Assembly (NCBI GenBank): GCA_003696105.1
Contig: RFGE01000204.1
Coordinates: forward strand, 1-61,409
Direction of reading: 5' to 3'
DNA from: Deltaproteobacteria bacterium
Lineage (GTDB): Bacteria; Myxococcota_A; Polyangia; Haliangiales; J016
DNA: 61,409 bases
The translations under genes were made by a program, and so were the position numbers. Of this stretch, positions 58,565-61,409 are shown piece after piece. Every line of letters starts with the position of its first letter. The first letter of the stretch is position 1. Under the pieces are notes generated by a model. That model was given only the letters and a program-made list of their open reading frames with translations, had not been told where the DNA came from and searched no databases.

Positions 58565-59567
58565 AGCGACTCCACGCCGCCCGGCAGATCGCGTCGACGA
58601 GCTGGGGGTAGTCCATGCCGGCGGCGCGGGCGGCGCGCGCGTAGCCGGCGTCCGGCGAGATGTCGCAGTTCGGGTTGACGTCGATCACCCACGGGCGCCC
58701 GGCTGCGTCCACGCGCATGTCGACGCGGCCGTAGTCGCGCAAGTCGAGGGCGCGATACGCGGCCAGCGCGGTCGCCTCGATCGCGCGCGCGAGTTCCGGG
58801 GCGACGCCGGTCATCGGCACCGGCTTGGTGCCCATATAATCGACGTGGGTCTCGTCCCACTTGGCCGCATACGTGACGATGTGCGGCCGACCTGGCGGCA
58901 TCTGCCCGAAGTCGATCTCGTGCAGCGGCAGCACGCGCGCGCCGTCGCCGCTTCCGAGCACGGTGGCGTTGACCTCGCGGCCGTCGATGTACGCCTCCGC
59001 GATCACCGGCTGGCGGTACCGGTCCCACAGCGCGGCCACACGCCGGGCCAGCGCGGCGGCGTCGCGGCACACGTTGGTCTCGTCGATGCCGATCGACGCG
59101 TCCTCGTGCGCGAGCTTGACGAACACCGGGAACGCGAGGTCGAACGCATCCAGGTCCGCCGGCCGCGCGAGCACGCGGTGCGGCGGCGTCGGAACGCCGC
59201 GCGCCGCGAGCACGTCCTTGGCGCGGTCCTTGTGCAGGCACGACAGCAGCGCGAGCGGGCCCGCGCCGGTGTACCGCAGGCGGAGCATGTCGAGCAGCGC
59301 GGGCGCGACGACCTCGTTGCGCACGTCCTCGCACAGCGATTCGCACAGGTTGAACACCAGGTCCGGCGGGTCCGCCCGCATCGCCGCGAGCAGATCCATG
59401 ATGTCCGGTCCCTCGGCGCCGACCAGCTCCGACTCGTAGCCGGCAGCGCGCAACGCGTCGCGCACGGCGAGCGCCGACGCCCGCACCGCGCTCACGTCGA
59501 CGCCTTCGTCGCGGCACAGCTGGTCGTCCCAGTCGCAGTTGTAGAGCACGGTCACCCGGCGAGACAT
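58554..59567 (-). CDS. D-Ala-D-Ala ligase-like ATP-grasp enzyme
   Basis: VFNLCE, YTGAG, EDASIGI, EAYIDGRE, TYAAKW, DYGRVDMR, DVNPN. Confidence 0.85.
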   Translation of the reverse strand: MSRRVTVLYNCDWDDQLCRDEGVDVSAVRASALAVRDALRAAGYESELVGAEGPDIMDLLAAMRADPPDLVFNLCESLCEDVRNEVVAPALLDMLRLRYTGAGPLALLSCLHKDRAKDVLAARGVPTPPHRVLARPADLDAFDLAFPVFVKLAHEDASIGIDETNVCRDAAALARRVAALWDRYRQPVIAEAYIDGREVNATVLGSGDGARVLPLHEIDFGQMPPGRPHIVTYAAKWDETHVDYMGTKPVPMTGVAPELARAIEATALAAYRALDLRDYGRVDMRVDAAGRPWVIDVNPNCDISPDAGYARAARAAGMDYPQLVDAICRAAWSRYDR

Positions 59568-59606
59568 GCGCGACGAGCGTACGCGATGCGTCTGACGACC
59601 GGCCTG

Positions 59607-60254
59607 TTACGAGACGACCGCGCGCGCGACGATCGGGCCGGCCACCTCGGCCACCTCGGCGACGGAGGCGGGCGCGCGGCCCGGCGGCGCGCGGTCCGCG
59701 AGCGACACCTGGCGCGCGCCGCGCAACCCGCACGGGACGATCAGCGACCATGCGTCCGGCGGCGTCGCGACGTTGAACGCCCAGCCGTGCGACGTGACGC
59801 CGCGGCGCAGATGAATGCCGCACGCGGCGAGCTTCGCGTCGCCGATCCACAGCCCGGCCGGGTCGCGCCGCCACGCCGCCCCGTGGACGCCGTAGTGGGC
59901 GGCCACCTCCGCGAGCGCCCGGGCGACGCTCTCGAGGAATGCGACGACGCCGCGGCGCAGGCGGACGACCGGGTAGACCATCAGCTGGCCCGGCCCGTGA
60001 TAGGTCACGTCGCCGCCGCGGCGGGTGCGGACGACCGGAATCCCGCGCCGGGCGAGCTCCGCCTCGCCGGCGACGACGTGCGCCGGATCGGCCGACCGGC
60101 CGAGGGTGATGACCGGATCGTGTTCGAGCAGCAGGACCACCTCGGCCTCCGGGTCGCCGGCCAGCACGCGATCGCGGTAGCCCTCCTGCAGCCGCCGGGC
60201 GGTCGCGTAGTCGACGCGGCCGAGCCACCTCCAGCGGACCGTCGGCGAACTCAC
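59607..60254 (-). CDS. lipB: octanoyltransferase LipB
   Basis: LLEHDPVITLG, RGGDVTYHGPGQL, HGWAFNV, IVPCG. Confidence 0.95.
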   Translation of the reverse strand: MSSPTVRWRWLGRVDYATARRLQEGYRDRVLAGDPEAEVVLLLEHDPVITLGRSADPAHVVAGEAELARRGIPVVRTRRGGDVTYHGPGQLMVYPVVRLRRGVVAFLESVARALAEVAAHYGVHGAAWRRDPAGLWIGDAKLAACGIHLRRGVTSHGWAFNVATPPDAWSLIVPCGLRGARQVSLADRAPPGRAPASVAEVAEVAGPIVARAVVS

Positions 60255-61409
60255 GACTCGTCCGCCACCTCGGCGAAGAACCCGGGGTCGAGGTAGACGA
60301 TCGGCGCCGCGTGTACGGTGACGCCGACGCCGCAGGCGACCAGCTGCGCCGCGAACGCGTCGCCGCACAGGGTCTCGATCCGCGGTCCGTCCGCGTCGAG
60401 TTCGTCGTCGGCCTCCGCCGACAGCGCCACCGGTGCCAGCAGCAGCCCGGCGTCGAGCCCCTTGGCCTCCACGCCGGCGCGCAGCTCGCCGACGCCGCGC
60501 CGGTCGACCGGCTTGGGACCGATGCGGACGCCGATCAGCCATGCGTCGCCGTCGGCGGCCTCCGCGGTGACGTAGCTCGATCGATCGATGCGCTTGATCC
60601 AGCGAAGCCGCCGCCAGCCGGCCGCCCGCAAGTACACGGCGGCGACGCGCTCGAGCGCCGGCAGCGGCAGCCGCGCGAGCCGGTCGGCGAGCGCGGCGCG
60701 CGTCGCGGCGGCGGCCGCCGCGAGCGCGTCTTCCAGCGCGCGCTCCGCGTCGGCGAGCGCCGCCGGCAACGCGCGATCGGCGAGCGCGACGCGGTCCGCG
60801 CCGAGGAAGACGACGCGCGGCCGCAGTCCGCGGGCGCGGCGAACCGCCGCGTCGTGGCGCAGCGCCGCGGCGATCGCGCGCGCCGGCTTCGGCGGGGCGG
60901 ACGCCGTCCAGCCGCGGCCCGCCATCGAATCGACGAGCTGGCGCAACGACAGCGACCGGTCGTCGCGCGCGCGCAGCACCGCGACCGCGGCATCGAGGAG
61001 ATCCTCCGGCGGCTCCACCGGCGCGCGCGCCGGCTCCCCGGACGCGGCGCCGCCCGCGGACTTCGCGGCGGCGCGCCCGCCGGCGTCGGCGCCGCGGCGC
61101 TTGGTTCCGCGCGCCCGCTCGCGGCGGTCGCGGTCTCCGCGGCGCCGGCCCCGCTTCGGGACGATCTCGGGCCGCAACGGCCGGTCCTCGTCCGCGGTGA
61201 GTTCGTCGCGATACTCGCGGTAGGCGGAGCCGACCTCGCCGGCCGCCAGCTCGTCGCCGTAGACCTCGGCGAGAGCGCGCTCCTCCGGGCTGAGCGCGGC
61301 GGACGTGACCGGCGCGTCGGCCGCCGCCTCGCGGTCGCCGCCGGCCGGCACCGGCGGCGCACCCGGATCGGGGCGCGCCGGCGCCGGCGCGGCCGCGGGC
61401 GCCGCGCGC
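60251..61409 (-). CDS. HARE-HTH + Mrr-like restriction-endonuclease-fold protein (5' partial)
   Basis: LLDAAVAVLR..LRQLV winged HTH; C-terminal V..LR..GLLL..LS.EA..IE.L.G...GVGV Mrr-like pattern. The frame is open to the window edge. Confidence 0.6.
   Translation of the reverse strand, partial: RAAPAAAPAPARPDPGAPPVPAGGDREAAADAPVTSAALSPEERALAEVYGDELAAGEVGSAYREYRDELTADEDRPLRPEIVPKRGRRRGDRDRRERARGTKRRGADAGGRAAAKSAGGAASGEPARAPVEPPEDLLDAAVAVLRARDDRSLSLRQLVDSMAGRGWTASAPPKPARAIAAALRHDAAVRRARGLRPRVVFLGADRVALADRALPAALADAERALEDALAAAAAATRAALADRLARLPLPALERVAAVYLRAAGWRRLRWIKRIDRSSYVTAEAADGDAWLIGVRIGPKPVDRRGVGELRAGVEAKGLDAGLLLAPVALSAEADDELDADGPRIETLCGDAFAAQLVACGVGVTVHAAPIVYLDPGFFAEVADES

Overview
Very GC-rich bacterial DNA whose gene content (tandem PilZ protein, kinase-fused sigma54 activator, cdaA-cdaR next to folP-ftsH-tilS, DUF6178-like protein) points to a myxobacterium or related deltaproteobacterium (inference). 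Most of the window is housekeeping: yfgM/bamB-like, der, era, mnmA, rlmD-like, argE, folP, ftsH, tilS, a Gld-like ABC system, rnc, lipB, tRNA-Gln and tRNA-Glu. Accessory blocks are (1) a metal/metalloid block at about 9.6-15.5 kb (transposase remnant with REP-like repeats, arsR-gapdh-arsJ, a MerR operon, corA); (2) a sigma54 two-component locus; (3) three WYL-type regulators opposite an FHA protein and an ARPP-1/DUF6569-like protein; (4) an ECF-like membrane protein coupled to two molybdenum-storage (MoSto) subunits. The strongest hidden signal is split by the ORF track. Behind an Hg-type MerR with a Tn21-like operator, one reading frame (13892->12981, minus) runs through two in-frame UGA codons in a U-M-G-U motif, at the position of the CxxC of a heavy-metal-associated (HMA) domain. 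A SECIS-like hairpin follows, and the frame continues into a WCGPC thioredoxin (TlpA-like) domain. This predicts a double-selenocysteine HMA-thioredoxin lipoprotein, followed by an unannotated 58-aa CxxC membrane peptide, with no merA/merT in the window. All family assignments come from motif recognition by eye; no searches were run.
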